Origin: Thermodesulfobacteriota bacterium
GTDB taxonomy: Bacteria > Desulfobacterota > Desulfarculia > JACQYL01
Assembly (NCBI GenBank): GCA_963675595.2
Contig: CAXXLZ010000001.1
Coordinates: forward strand, 1,280,001 to 1,344,000
Length of the DNA stretch: 64,000 bases
Direction of reading: 5' to 3'
In this document: positions 1 through 8,447 of the stretch, one piece after another
Numbering within the stretch: the stretch's first letter is position 1
Layout: each line of letters opens with the position of its first letter
Notes under the pieces: generated by a model
Told to the model about the DNA's origin: nothing
Database searches by the model: none
Seen by the model: the letters and a program-made list of their open reading frames with translations, nothing else
Made by a program: the position numbers and the translations under genes

Positions 1-14
1 GCGACCACGTTCCG

Positions 15-452
15 GTGGACGTATACACTCCCGAGGAACTGACCTTCGAGCGTTTCCCCAAGGCTACCTTCGTCACGGTGCACGGAAGCCCGAATTTTGA
101 GAAAGGATTCGTGTATCGCCGGTACGGCCTCAACTACACCTATTTCAATATCAAACCCTTTGGAATGCGGATTGTCGCGCGGACCCACGACGAGGTTACC
201 GACGAGTGGAAGCAGCTCGACCGCTTCCTGGGTAAGCTCCGCCCCTTCAACGCCCAACCCTTCCATTACCGTATTCGGGATATCTACCGGGAGAAGTTCA
301 GGGCCGAAGTGCCGGAAGACGCCTTTTTTCTTGCCCTGGACGACGTCCCCCGCCTGAGCGGCTGGCAGATCGGCGCGGCGGGCTTTTCCTGTGTGCTGTG
401 GCTGGTCATGTTCTACTTCTTTTTCTTCTTTCGGAGGAGGCCATCCGCGTGA
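15..452 (+). CDS. Hypothetical membrane-anchored protein (probably 5'-truncated by the window edge)
   Basis: Open frame from the window start; C-terminal hydrophobic helix followed by RRR. Confidence 0.6.
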   Translation: MDVYTPEELTFERFPKATFVTVHGSPNFEKGFVYRRYGLNYTYFNIKPFGMRIVARTHDEVTDEWKQLDRFLGKLRPFNAQPFHYRIRDIYREKFRAEVPEDAFFLALDDVPRLSGWQIGAAGFSCVLWLVMFYFFFFFRRRPSA

Positions 453-507
453 AGTGCCGAAGGATTCCGCATCCTCTCCGTTCGGAACTTGTCGGCGATC
501 CTTCCTC

Positions 508-924
508 TTACAGAAGAATCAGAAACATCCATCCGGCAAGCCCCCATAATACCAATGTTCCCACCACCAGAAGGATTCCGAGTAAAGGAACGTAAGGTCG
601 GTAGTTCCGGTAAAGCCGGATGAAGCTGAGCTTGAGCAGGAGAATACCGAAGAGACTCATGGCCAGGGTCGCATGAATCACGGCCCTGGAATCAAGCTTT
701 CCGCCCGCCGCCGCCAGCCGATCCATCAAGTCCACACAAATCCAGGAAATCCAAACGAAATAGAAAAGGAACACATATCCGGCTATGCGATGCAGGCGCA
801 AGACTAGGCGTACCGATTTCCCCGCCGGTCCTTTCCTGCCGAAAATCTTCATCGCCGCCCAGAATTCGAAAAGAGCCAGTACAACCAACCCCAAACTCAC
901 ATAACTCTTGGTCAACGGATCCAC
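508..924 (-). CDS. Four-TM membrane protein with His pair (cytochrome b-like/DUF6529-like)
   Basis: 4 hydrophobic helices; LHRIAGY and IHATLA His motifs. Confidence 0.6.
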   Translation of the reverse strand: MDPLTKSYVSLGLVVLALFEFWAAMKIFGRKGPAGKSVRLVLRLHRIAGYVFLFYFVWISWICVDLMDRLAAAGGKLDSRAVIHATLAMSLFGILLLKLSFIRLYRNYRPYVPLLGILLVVGTLVLWGLAGWMFLILL

Positions 925-1043
925 GGTTCTCTCTCCCTGAACAACGAAAGCATGAGATTATTTTCGAAACGACTCCGGACCGAGGCGTCCGTGCGGACAT
1001 CCGGGACGAGATCGTTCATGGAAACGGAAACACTCGATCCGGT

Positions 1044-1790
1044 TCACCGAGGGCCTGCCGGTCTCCCAAATCCCTCTCCGGGCAGGTCGCACAGGCGCAA
1101 CAACGCGGGAAACAACAGAGCCGCCAACCCCAAGTATCCGCCGCTCACGGACAGGACGGCGGTGCCGGATCCCGAAGCGTCGGCGCAGGCTCCATCCATC
1201 GCCGCCTTGAGCGCGAAGACGGGACTCCATGCGGAGGTCGAGGCCACTACAGGTTTGAGTAAGTCGGGCGCCGGCATCAAGCCCGACAGAAACGCAATCA
1301 TACCCACGGCCAGCGCCCCCGCCAGATGTATCTCCGCGTTTCCTTCCACCGCCGCTCCTAGAAGATGTCCCAAGATGTTCAACAACAGCAGTGTGGCGCA
1401 TGCATATCCAAACACCGGTCCCCATACGCTCGGATCGTATCCGGTCCCCTCAACGACCAGAAGAAAGGCGATCAAAGGTCCGATCTGGAGAAGATCGATC
1501 ACACCGCCGGCCCACGCCCGATCGAGCATCACCAGAATGCGCGGGATGGGGAGAATCCGAAGCTGCATGGCCCTGCCGTCCGAACGGGTTTTGGCCGTGG
1601 AAACCGCCGCTCCGAAAAAGCCCACGAAAAGCAGCAGCATGGTCAGGCCCGTGGTCTTCACGGCAAGGGGCATGGCCGTAAAAACAAAGGGTGAGCCCAG
1701 CAAGAACGCAAGCCCCACCCTGCGCACCAACCTTCGGTGGCTCCCCACAGCGTAGAAGAGCTCCAGTTGAAACACGTTGGATGGGTTCAC
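1044..1790 (-). CDS. ABC-2-type transporter permease
   Basis: Multi-TM protein; GTG start at 1790 overlaps the stop of the ABC ATPase (GTGA). Confidence 0.7.
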   Translation of the reverse strand: MNPSNVFQLELFYAVGSHRRLVRRVGLAFLLGSPFVFTAMPLAVKTTGLTMLLLFVGFFGAAVSTAKTRSDGRAMQLRILPIPRILVMLDRAWAGGVIDLLQIGPLIAFLLVVEGTGYDPSVWGPVFGYACATLLLLNILGHLLGAAVEGNAEIHLAGALAVGMIAFLSGLMPAPDLLKPVVASTSAWSPVFALKAAMDGACADASGSGTAVLSVSGGYLGLAALLFPALLRLCDLPGEGFGRPAGPR

Positions 1791-2722
1791 CCGTTCACCG
1801 GTCTTCCTGTTCGTAACAGAAAAGCCTCCTTGAGCCCTGCTCCCGAACAAGCCATGGAGCGGACTCCCACGCCTTGAGAAACGATCCAACGCATGATTTC
1901 GGGCAGCAGTCGAGGGTTCGGAGGCATGAGCATCACAAGAATATTTCCCTCCTGATGGAAAGAGCGAATCTCCGTCATCTCCGGGGGAGACAAAGGGAGG
2001 TATCCGTCAAGAACGACGCGAACCTCCTCAAGAGCCGAGACTTGGTCCAATAAGGAATCCACGGTCCCGTCCCCCACCACCCTCCCCTCTTCCATGATCA
2101 GTATCCCGGGATCCACACCGGCCAGCCAGTCCGCGTCATTGGAGGCGATCCAGGTGGTCATGCCCTTTTCTTTTCTGCTCAGGACAACTTGGGTAAGAAC
2201 CCCCATGAACTGTGGGTCCACTCCGGCTGTGGGCTCATCCAAAATCAGAAGTTCCGGATCATGACATAACGCCTGGATCAAACCGAGCTTCTTCTTCATT
2301 CCAAAGGAATAGGTCGAAACGGGCTCATGAGCCTGGTCTTCCATGCAGGCGGACTCGAAAAGCTTCTCCAGCGCGTGGGTGATATGATCCCGAGAGCAGC
2401 CGTAGGCACGGGCCGTGAAATAGGCATTTCGGTACCCGGACAGGTTTTCCCAGAGAGGCGGGCGGTCGGGGGCGAATCCGATGCGCCCAAGGTGTGATCG
2501 AGATCCGTTGGAAACCGGGTGACCGAAAACCCGAATCGAGCCGGACTTCAACTCATGTAATCCCAGAAGGAGGTGCGTGAGGGTGGTCTTGCCGGAACCG
2601 TTTCTGCCCAAGAGGCCGAGGCATTCCCCCTTCCATACGGTTATGGAAACCCCACGGACTCCCTTGCCGCCGGGATAGCTGAAAGACACCTCCCACATCT
2701 CGATCGTCGGATTCGGCATCAC
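1787..2722 (-). CDS. ABC transporter ATP-binding protein
   Basis: Walker A GRNGSGKTT, signature YSFGMKKK, Walker B LLILDEPT. Confidence 0.93.
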   Translation of the reverse strand: MMPNPTIEMWEVSFSYPGGKGVRGVSITVWKGECLGLLGRNGSGKTTLTHLLLGLHELKSGSIRVFGHPVSNGSRSHLGRIGFAPDRPPLWENLSGYRNAYFTARAYGCSRDHITHALEKLFESACMEDQAHEPVSTYSFGMKKKLGLIQALCHDPELLILDEPTAGVDPQFMGVLTQVVLSRKEKGMTTWIASNDADWLAGVDPGILIMEEGRVVGDGTVDSLLDQVSALEEVRVVLDGYLPLSPPEMTEIRSFHQEGNILVMLMPPNPRLLPEIMRWIVSQGVGVRSMACSGAGLKEAFLLRTGRPVNG

Positions 2723-2922
2723 TCGAAATGAAGTACCGTGTTCGCCGTAACCTCGACCGTACCGTCGGGATCGGTCCGGACCACTTCGAAAACCACGACG
2801 CGTTCGCCGGTGGTGCAGGTACGCCCCATGAGACGACTTCTGGCGATGTGGCGATGGAACGGCGGAGCCATGGGTTTTGTCTTTCTCAGCCAGACTTCGG
2901 CGGCTTCGGGAAAGCTCGTCAT
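2719..2922 (-). CDS. Small conserved protein (MTSFPEAAEV...; possibly CDC48 N-domain-2-like)
   Basis: ATGA overlaps with both neighbours; beta-rich C-terminus VFEVVRTDPDGTVEVTANT. Confidence 0.55.
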   Translation of the reverse strand: MTSFPEAAEVWLRKTKPMAPPFHRHIARSRLMGRTCTTGERVVVFEVVRTDPDGTVEVTANTVLHFE

Positions 2923-4130
2923 GAGTCGGACCCGTCGGGCCGTCGGCCCATGCCTATACGATTCGCCGTATCCGTGAAGAAATCGGCGCTGATTCGGGTC
3001 ATGCCCAACCTTTGCGCTTGTTCCTCCACCATCCTGCGGGCCATGTGTCGAACGAAGGACGGGACCCTTTGCAGTCGACTTTCCGCCTCGGCTTCCCATT
3101 CCAGGGAAGAAGGCCGGAGTCTCGCCTGGACGGATGGCGTATCCACGGCCTTGGTGACGAGCACATTGCAGGGAGAGCGTCCGGCGATGGATTCGGAATT
3201 GGATCCAATATCCGAGCACGGTTCTCGGTGGTGTCCGAAACGGCCCACTACGGCCAGCGTCGGAGCGGGGCCGGAAGCCATGTACTCGATGAGCGTCGAA
3301 TAGGCCTTGCCTTGAAGCAGGATGGACGTATTCGCTACCCCCAGGCTCTGCGCCAAAGCGGCGCCCTCCTCCAGAAAACCTTCGTAAAGGCGTTTCAGCC
3401 CGTCATCGATGATCATGTGGTGCAGCTTCTCCTGTCGGTCCAGGCCGATCTGCACCTTGCGGTCATCCGATAGAGAACGGGACATGACCTTGAAGACCTC
3501 GGTATGAAAAACGGGGTCGTAAGCGGCGGCCAGTTCGAGTCTAGCACCCAAAGCCCTGCACCAGGCCGCGGCGCGCTCGAGACTACCCAGCGCTTCCCGG
3601 CTTCCATCCAAGCCCACCAGTATCCTGCTTCCGGTTTCGAACGGTCCGCGGCAAATAAATACGTCACAACCGGCTTGCCGAAGCACCCGCGAGGCCGTGC
3701 TCCCTAAACGGCCGTCCTCCGTACGGCCCAGACCATGGGCTCCGAGCATGACCAATCCGGCGCCGCAAGACTCGACTTGTTCGAGAATCTTGACATAGTT
3801 TCGCCCTTCCAAACTGCAAAGTCGGGCCTTGACGCCGAGAGCCTCAGCCTCTTCCGCAAATTGATCCATGTAGCCTTGAGAAAGGGACTCCAATCCTTCC
3901 TGGATCAGTCCCGTGTGCGCTCGCCGAAGCTCTTCCAGCACCGGACTCATTTGATATCTGGAAGACAGGGAAGGTTCCATGTCCCGAAACCGTGCGTTGT
4001 GGAGCTCGGCACCATACACGTGACAACCAACCACTCCGCACCCGATTTGCCGGGCCAGCCTCAGGGCAAGACTTCCGGCTTGGGAAGAAAATTCAGAGCC
4101 GTCCAATGCCGCAAGAATTTTGGAATACAC
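2919..4130 (-). CDS. Tandem universal stress protein with C-terminal PCP_red-like domain
   Basis: KILAALDGS and RILVGLDGS USP N-termini; GAHG...LGSTASRV; C-terminal WEAEAESRLQRVPSFVR; probable GTG start at 4130. Confidence 0.85.
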   Translation of the reverse strand: MYSKILAALDGSEFSSQAGSLALRLARQIGCGVVGCHVYGAELHNARFRDMEPSLSSRYQMSPVLEELRRAHTGLIQEGLESLSQGYMDQFAEEAEALGVKARLCSLEGRNYVKILEQVESCGAGLVMLGAHGLGRTEDGRLGSTASRVLRQAGCDVFICRGPFETGSRILVGLDGSREALGSLERAAAWCRALGARLELAAAYDPVFHTEVFKVMSRSLSDDRKVQIGLDRQEKLHHMIIDDGLKRLYEGFLEEGAALAQSLGVANTSILLQGKAYSTLIEYMASGPAPTLAVVGRFGHHREPCSDIGSNSESIAGRSPCNVLVTKAVDTPSVQARLRPSSLEWEAEAESRLQRVPSFVRHMARRMVEEQAQRLGMTRISADFFTDTANRIGMGRRPDGSDS

Positions 4131-4949
4131 GTTGCAGACCACCGAGCCTATAGCATGAGATGGATGAGCAAAGGGCAATGTGTCTTTTTGCAGGACAACC
4201 ACGCCGCTCTTCGAAGCCGACGCGAAGTGTGACTATATCGGTCGCCGGCTGTTTCAGTCAACTCGATGCCTTCCGAGGAAACGAGCGCATCGCACCCCTA
4301 AAAAGACTTGAGGCGGAACAATAGACTTCCTTGTTCCGCCTCAAATCGAGATTCGGGTGTGTTTTTTTGTTTCCAAAACCGTCGCAGGCAACACGGTCGA
4401 CGTGTTTGGCTCCCTGCATCGACCACCCGTGCCTCGAAGCCCTCGTTCCGTAGAAGACGTTGTCCCGCGCACACGTTTGGGGCGATTCCCTGTTGTGCCG
4501 TAGGAGATGCACGTTCTCCACAGATGATTATATGCTAGTCATCTTCCCGTTAAATGCAATATGCTCTAAAAAAAATTTGATCCAGTGAAGCGGCCTACGT
4601 CGAGATTCTTCGATCCGCCCCTGCCCCTCAGGCGTAGGAACCATGCCCCCTAGATTCCAGAGCGAATTTGACAAAAGCGATTCCGTTGAAGTATCCAACA
4701 GGTCGGCTTTCGGGCGCAGCAAGGACGACGTGGGGCCTCACCCCATCCGGTTCCTGTTTGGTGCCGGACCATGGCGCCCGTCTCATCCGAACCTTGCGCC
4801 GAACCGGGTTCAAAATGTACCATTCGCCCACATGAATTGCGGCATGACGGGCGGCCCACACCGCCCGCCCATGCCGGAAGGCGGACAACGTCGAGCTTCA
4901 GTCTCAAATCACCCTGAACTTTTTCAAGGATGCCCAACATAGGCCGGAC

Positions 4950-5669
4950 ATGAATGCAACCAAAGAATTCACCAACTCCATAGGGATGCGATTTCTCCAT
5001 ATTCCACCAGGGAAGTTCCTCATGGGAAGTCCCGAGGAAGAAACGGATCGCAGCGACGATGAAACGCTTCACGAAGTCACTCTCACCATGGGTTTCTACA
5101 TCCAGGAAACGCCGGTCACTCAAGGCCAATGGCAATCCCTGGTGGGTTATAATCCCTCGGAATTCTGTGAGCTTGGAGACGAGTATCCCGTCGAACAGGT
5201 TTCCTGGGAGGAATGCGTCGGCTTCGCGGGCCGGCTCAAGGCACGGGAAAAAGGCAGAATCTACCGGCTCCCCACCGAATCCGAATGGGAGTGCGCCTGC
5301 AGGGCCGGGACCTCCGCTAGATTTTCTTTCGGCGACGACGAATCCCTCCTGGACCAATACGGTTGGTTCAGAGACAACGCGGGAGGGCATACTCACCCGG
5401 TGGGCCGGAAGAAACCCAACCCCTGGGGCCTGTACGACATGCATGGAAATGTCTGGGAATGGTGCCTGGATTCCTTCGGAGACTATCCCGATGGTCCCGC
5501 AACGGACCCTTTAGGCTCCCTTGAGGGACTCTACAAAGTGGGCCGCGGCGGAGGCTGGAGCGATCCGGCCAAAGCCTGCCGCTCGGCCTATCGCAGCGGC
5601 AGCGACCCAATGAACTGTGGAAGCGACATGGGCTTCCGCTTGGCGTGCATCATTCCCTTGGTATTCTGA
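4950..5669 (+). CDS. Formylglycine-generating enzyme (FGE-sulfatase/SUMF1) family protein
   Basis: FLMGS, YRLPTESEWE, PNPWGLYDMHGNVWEW and GFR motifs. Confidence 0.92.
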   Translation: MNATKEFTNSIGMRFLHIPPGKFLMGSPEEETDRSDDETLHEVTLTMGFYIQETPVTQGQWQSLVGYNPSEFCELGDEYPVEQVSWEECVGFAGRLKAREKGRIYRLPTESEWECACRAGTSARFSFGDDESLLDQYGWFRDNAGGHTHPVGRKKPNPWGLYDMHGNVWEWCLDSFGDYPDGPATDPLGSLEGLYKVGRGGGWSDPAKACRSAYRSGSDPMNCGSDMGFRLACIIPLVF

Positions 5670-5778
5670 AAAACTGCCTGGAACAGCATTGAGACAAACG
5701 GATCTTCTGCGGGAACATCAAGTGAATCAATAAGGTCCGCTCGATCGAGCCGAACCGGATCTGCTTTCGAATCGCACC

Positions 5779-5973
5779 TCAGCTCCGAAGTGTCGCGGTC
5801 GCCGAACCGCTCGCCGCTTGGGTCGATGCGGAGTGTAAGCTACCGTCTCCACATTGGGAACCGCCGGCCCATACCGGGGTATTTGCCCAAAGAAAGGAGA
5901 GAAACAACATGATGATCACAATGATAACGAGGGATTTCCATTCGGTCTGTAGGGTCAACCTCAAGTGACTCAT
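5779..5973 (-). CDS. Small membrane/secreted hypothetical protein
   Basis: Hydrophobic segment; ATGA-coupled to the upstream HTH gene. Confidence 0.45.
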   Translation of the reverse strand: MSHLRLTLQTEWKSLVIIVIIMLFLSFLWANTPVWAGGSQCGDGSLHSASTQAASGSATATLRS

Positions 5974-6140
5974 CGCTTTTTCCTTTCTTCAATGAATCGT
6001 TCGATTTCCCTGCGGGAGATGAGCCAGTCCCTGCCCATTTTCTCCCCTTTCAACTTACCGGCTCTAAGCAGTTGACAGACTCTGCTGCTGTTCAAACCCA
6101 CTGCGATGGAGGCCTGCTTGGTCGTCAGAAACCGGTCCAA
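5970..6140 (-). CDS. Excisionase-like HTH_17 DNA-binding protein (56 aa, not in the ORF track)
   Basis: Manual translation MDRFLTTKQASIAVGLNSSRVCQLLRAGKLKGEKMGRDWLISRREIERFIEERKKR. Confidence 0.75.
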   Translation of the reverse strand: MDRFLTTKQASIAVGLNSSRVCQLLRAGKLKGEKMGRDWLISRREIERFIEERKKR

Positions 6141-7049
6141 TGAAAATACCCCTTGCGTCTTTTCCTCCCCGATTTCACGCCGCGTGAAAGGCCTGCCCTT
6201 TCTGCCTGAGGCCTCCCGCCATCGGTTCCTTTAACGTCTCTCCGGATGCACTGAACCGATTCCGAGTGAACAACTGCTTAACTATTGAACTTACGCTCTT
6301 ATCATTAAATCATGCTGTAATTCATGTCAATAGAAATCTCTTTCTCTTATGACTTCGCAATAAAATTTACATAGTATGCATCGACGTATCTTTATCGCTT
6401 CAAGGACCCCATAACCGGCTTTGCTGGAACAACCACTTCCAGGAAACGGCTCGCCCTTGCTTCCGAGCCTAAAACGCGCGTTCATTCAGAGTTTGGTGCC
6501 GCCCGTGGGCCGAAGGGAACCTAACTCCATGCAACTTTCAACTGATGATGCCCCAACGAAACTTATAGCAATGTATCAAGTTTTCTTTTCAACATGGCGC
6601 ACATCCCGCATCCCTTATGGCGCGGCGCTTTCAGGGCTTAGTTTCCAACCTGTTGAAACCGTGACGATTTTAAGGAGAGAGGGAGAGGAATCGGCTTAAG
6701 GATATCCCAACTTATTGATATTACATTGTAACCCCAAGGAGCTCTTTGCCTTTTTTCGCGATGGAATCCCTCAAGGGGGGAGCCCCATTACTTACTTCTA
6801 CTTACTTCACGATTCCCATATCGCCCTTTGAGAAGCATGAATGATTGGAGTTGGTCACGACGTCACTGTTTAGGGGAGGAATCGCCGGACGCTCGGCGGA
6901 GGGTGAAAATTGGGGTCTCGAACGTGGCCCCCTGATTATGCGATGGTTGTGCGACACATCCGCAATCACCGCACAATGGGGATTCATTCGGAAGGGTTCG
7001 GCGGCAAGGGCTCCCAAGTCGGCGATGCGCTCGGCAAGTCCCTATAAAC

Positions 7050-7083
7050 AAAAAAAGGACTTGGTCGAAATTGACCTAAGTCC
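7050..7083 (-). terminator. Intrinsic terminator downstream of the tRNA 3' end
   Basis: Hairpin GGACTT-GGTC...GACC-T-AAGTCC next to an A7 run (U run on the minus strand). Confidence 0.7.
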
Positions 7084-7093
7084 ATGAGGCTTA

Positions 7094-7140
7094 TGGCGGG
7101 AGCGACGAGACTCGAACTCGCGACCTCCGGCGTGACAGGC
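7094..7140 (-). tRNA. 3' half of tRNA-Asp(GTC); prophage attachment-site duplicate, not an intact tRNA
   Basis: Reverse complement GCCTGTCACGCCGGAGGTCGCGAGTTCGAGTCTCGTCGCTCCCGCCA contains anticodon loop, T-arm and CCA; no D-arm or 5' acceptor strand adjoins. Confidence 0.9.
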
Positions 7141-7249
7141 TTTAAACAAGAACTCGTATCGCCGAATATCAATAACTTACGACGTGGGGAAACGTCGAAA
7201 TGCGCGCAAAAACCCTTTAGGGAAACCCTCTGAGGGTTGTCGAGGTTCC

Positions 7250-7465
7250 ATGCAAACCGAATCCGAATTTAAAGCTGATGTAGCCGCAGAGATGTTTTTT
7301 CAGGAAACAAAAGACGAAATTTGGTTCACTCCAGGAATTCGAGAAGCCTATATGGCCGACAATGCAGATTGGCTGGAAGAGCTTTGGCAGGATTACAAGC
7401 GGCAAGCGCTGGCCGAAGCCGAGCAAGACGCCAGAGGGTTGATGGAAGAAATTGGGGAGGAATAA
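7250..7465 (+). CDS. Phage hypothetical protein
   Basis: GAGG RBS before ATG 7250; TAATG coupling to the next gene. Confidence 0.55.
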   Translation: MQTESEFKADVAAEMFFQETKDEIWFTPGIREAYMADNADWLEELWQDYKRQALAEAEQDARGLMEEIGEE

Positions 7466-7710
7466 TGGAACGACCACAGCATCAGGTACAGCGACTCATA
7501 GATCGCATCGAGCGGCGCAAAGCCGAAAGGATCAGGCAAAAACCGGACACGTTGTCCATATACGGATTGAAAATTGAAGACAATGACCCGCAACTCGACG
7601 ATGCACTGCGTGCGTCTCTGGATAAAGCGGCAAAGAACGCTTCCCGTGTTCTCCATGATATAGTTGTGAATGCAATCAAACACGCAAATAAGTCGGTAGC
7701 AGGAGAATAA
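7465..7710 (+). CDS. Phage hypothetical protein
   Basis: GGGGAGG RBS; coupled start. Confidence 0.55.
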   Translation: MERPQHQVQRLIDRIERRKAERIRQKPDTLSIYGLKIEDNDPQLDDALRASLDKAAKNASRVLHDIVVNAIKHANKSVAGE

Positions 7711-7719
7711 CAATCTTCA

Positions 7720-8046
7720 TTACTGTTTCGAGGCCTCCATGACGTAATGCAGCACTGCAACCCATGTCGCCCCCAACGCCGAAGCTATGCCGATGGTAAA
7801 CGTCCACAAAAATTTCATCTGCCCCCTGGGGCACGAGGATTGATGACTTTGAATCGTGGCGATGATGCCGTCAGGCGCGCATATCTGATCCATCTTTCGC
7901 CACACGGCCCGAAACTGTGACTGAAGGTCGGATATCTGAGAGCTCTGAACAGCAATTGCGTCCAACTTCGAATCAATCATATCCATCTTTTTTTCTACGC
8001 GCTGTACCTGTCTTTCCAGGCCCATCAAGCGGTTGTCGTCGATCAT
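7720..8046 (-). CDS. Coiled-coil plus C-terminal TM protein (XhlA/holin-like lysis accessory)
   Basis: Heptad LERQVQRVEKKMDMIDSKLD followed by one TM helix; next to the holin. Confidence 0.55.
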   Translation of the reverse strand: MIDDNRLMGLERQVQRVEKKMDMIDSKLDAIAVQSSQISDLQSQFRAVWRKMDQICAPDGIIATIQSHQSSCPRGQMKFLWTFTIGIASALGATWVAVLHYVMEASKQ

Positions 8047-8048
8047 GG

Positions 8049-8447
8049 TCACTCCGGTTTCTTTCCCCATATTTTTTCAGCACTCCGCCCCACCACATAT
8101 CCGCCCACGCCCACATTCAAAAGTGCCCAGAGGCCGTCAGGAAGTTCGAGCATTTTTACCTTATCGGTGAACGCCGATAGGTAAGGGAAAAAGATATAGT
8201 TGTTCACCACGATGGCCATGATGGACACCATGAGCATGGGGCGCCAGTTGCGCTGAAGCCAGGAACCCTGCGCCTCCAGGCGCACGATGGAAGCCCGGAT
8301 TTCCTGGTCCTGAAGCATGGCCGCCTGCATGCCGGCCTGGATTTCCGCTTTGGCTTTGGCCTTGTCCGCTTCACTCATGGACGGCGGGAACCAGTGATCC
8401 AGGACCTTACCCGCTACGTTCAGTGCCGTGTCGATAATGGGGATCAT
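8049..8447 (-). CDS. Holin, 3TM (GTA-holin-like) family
   Basis: SWLQRNWRP and GYVVGRSAEK motifs. Confidence 0.85.
   Translation of the reverse strand: MIPIIDTALNVAGKVLDHWFPPSMSEADKAKAKAEIQAGMQAAMLQDQEIRASIVRLEAQGSWLQRNWRPMLMVSIMAIVVNNYIFFPYLSAFTDKVKMLELPDGLWALLNVGVGGYVVGRSAEKIWGKKPE

Noticed and set aside
4258-4942. Short ORFs between the USP and FGE genes
   Set aside because: No motifs or convincing RBS; probably divergent intergenic sequence.
4950-5669. FGE-sulfatase as a diversity-generating retroelement target
   Set aside because: No reverse transcriptase and no template-repeat copy of its 3' end were seen in the window.
5970-6140. This HTH gene as the prophage excisionase
   Set aside because: It lies outside the att site, on the host side.
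7094-7140. Intact tRNA-Asp gene
   Set aside because: The 5' acceptor strand and D-arm are missing.
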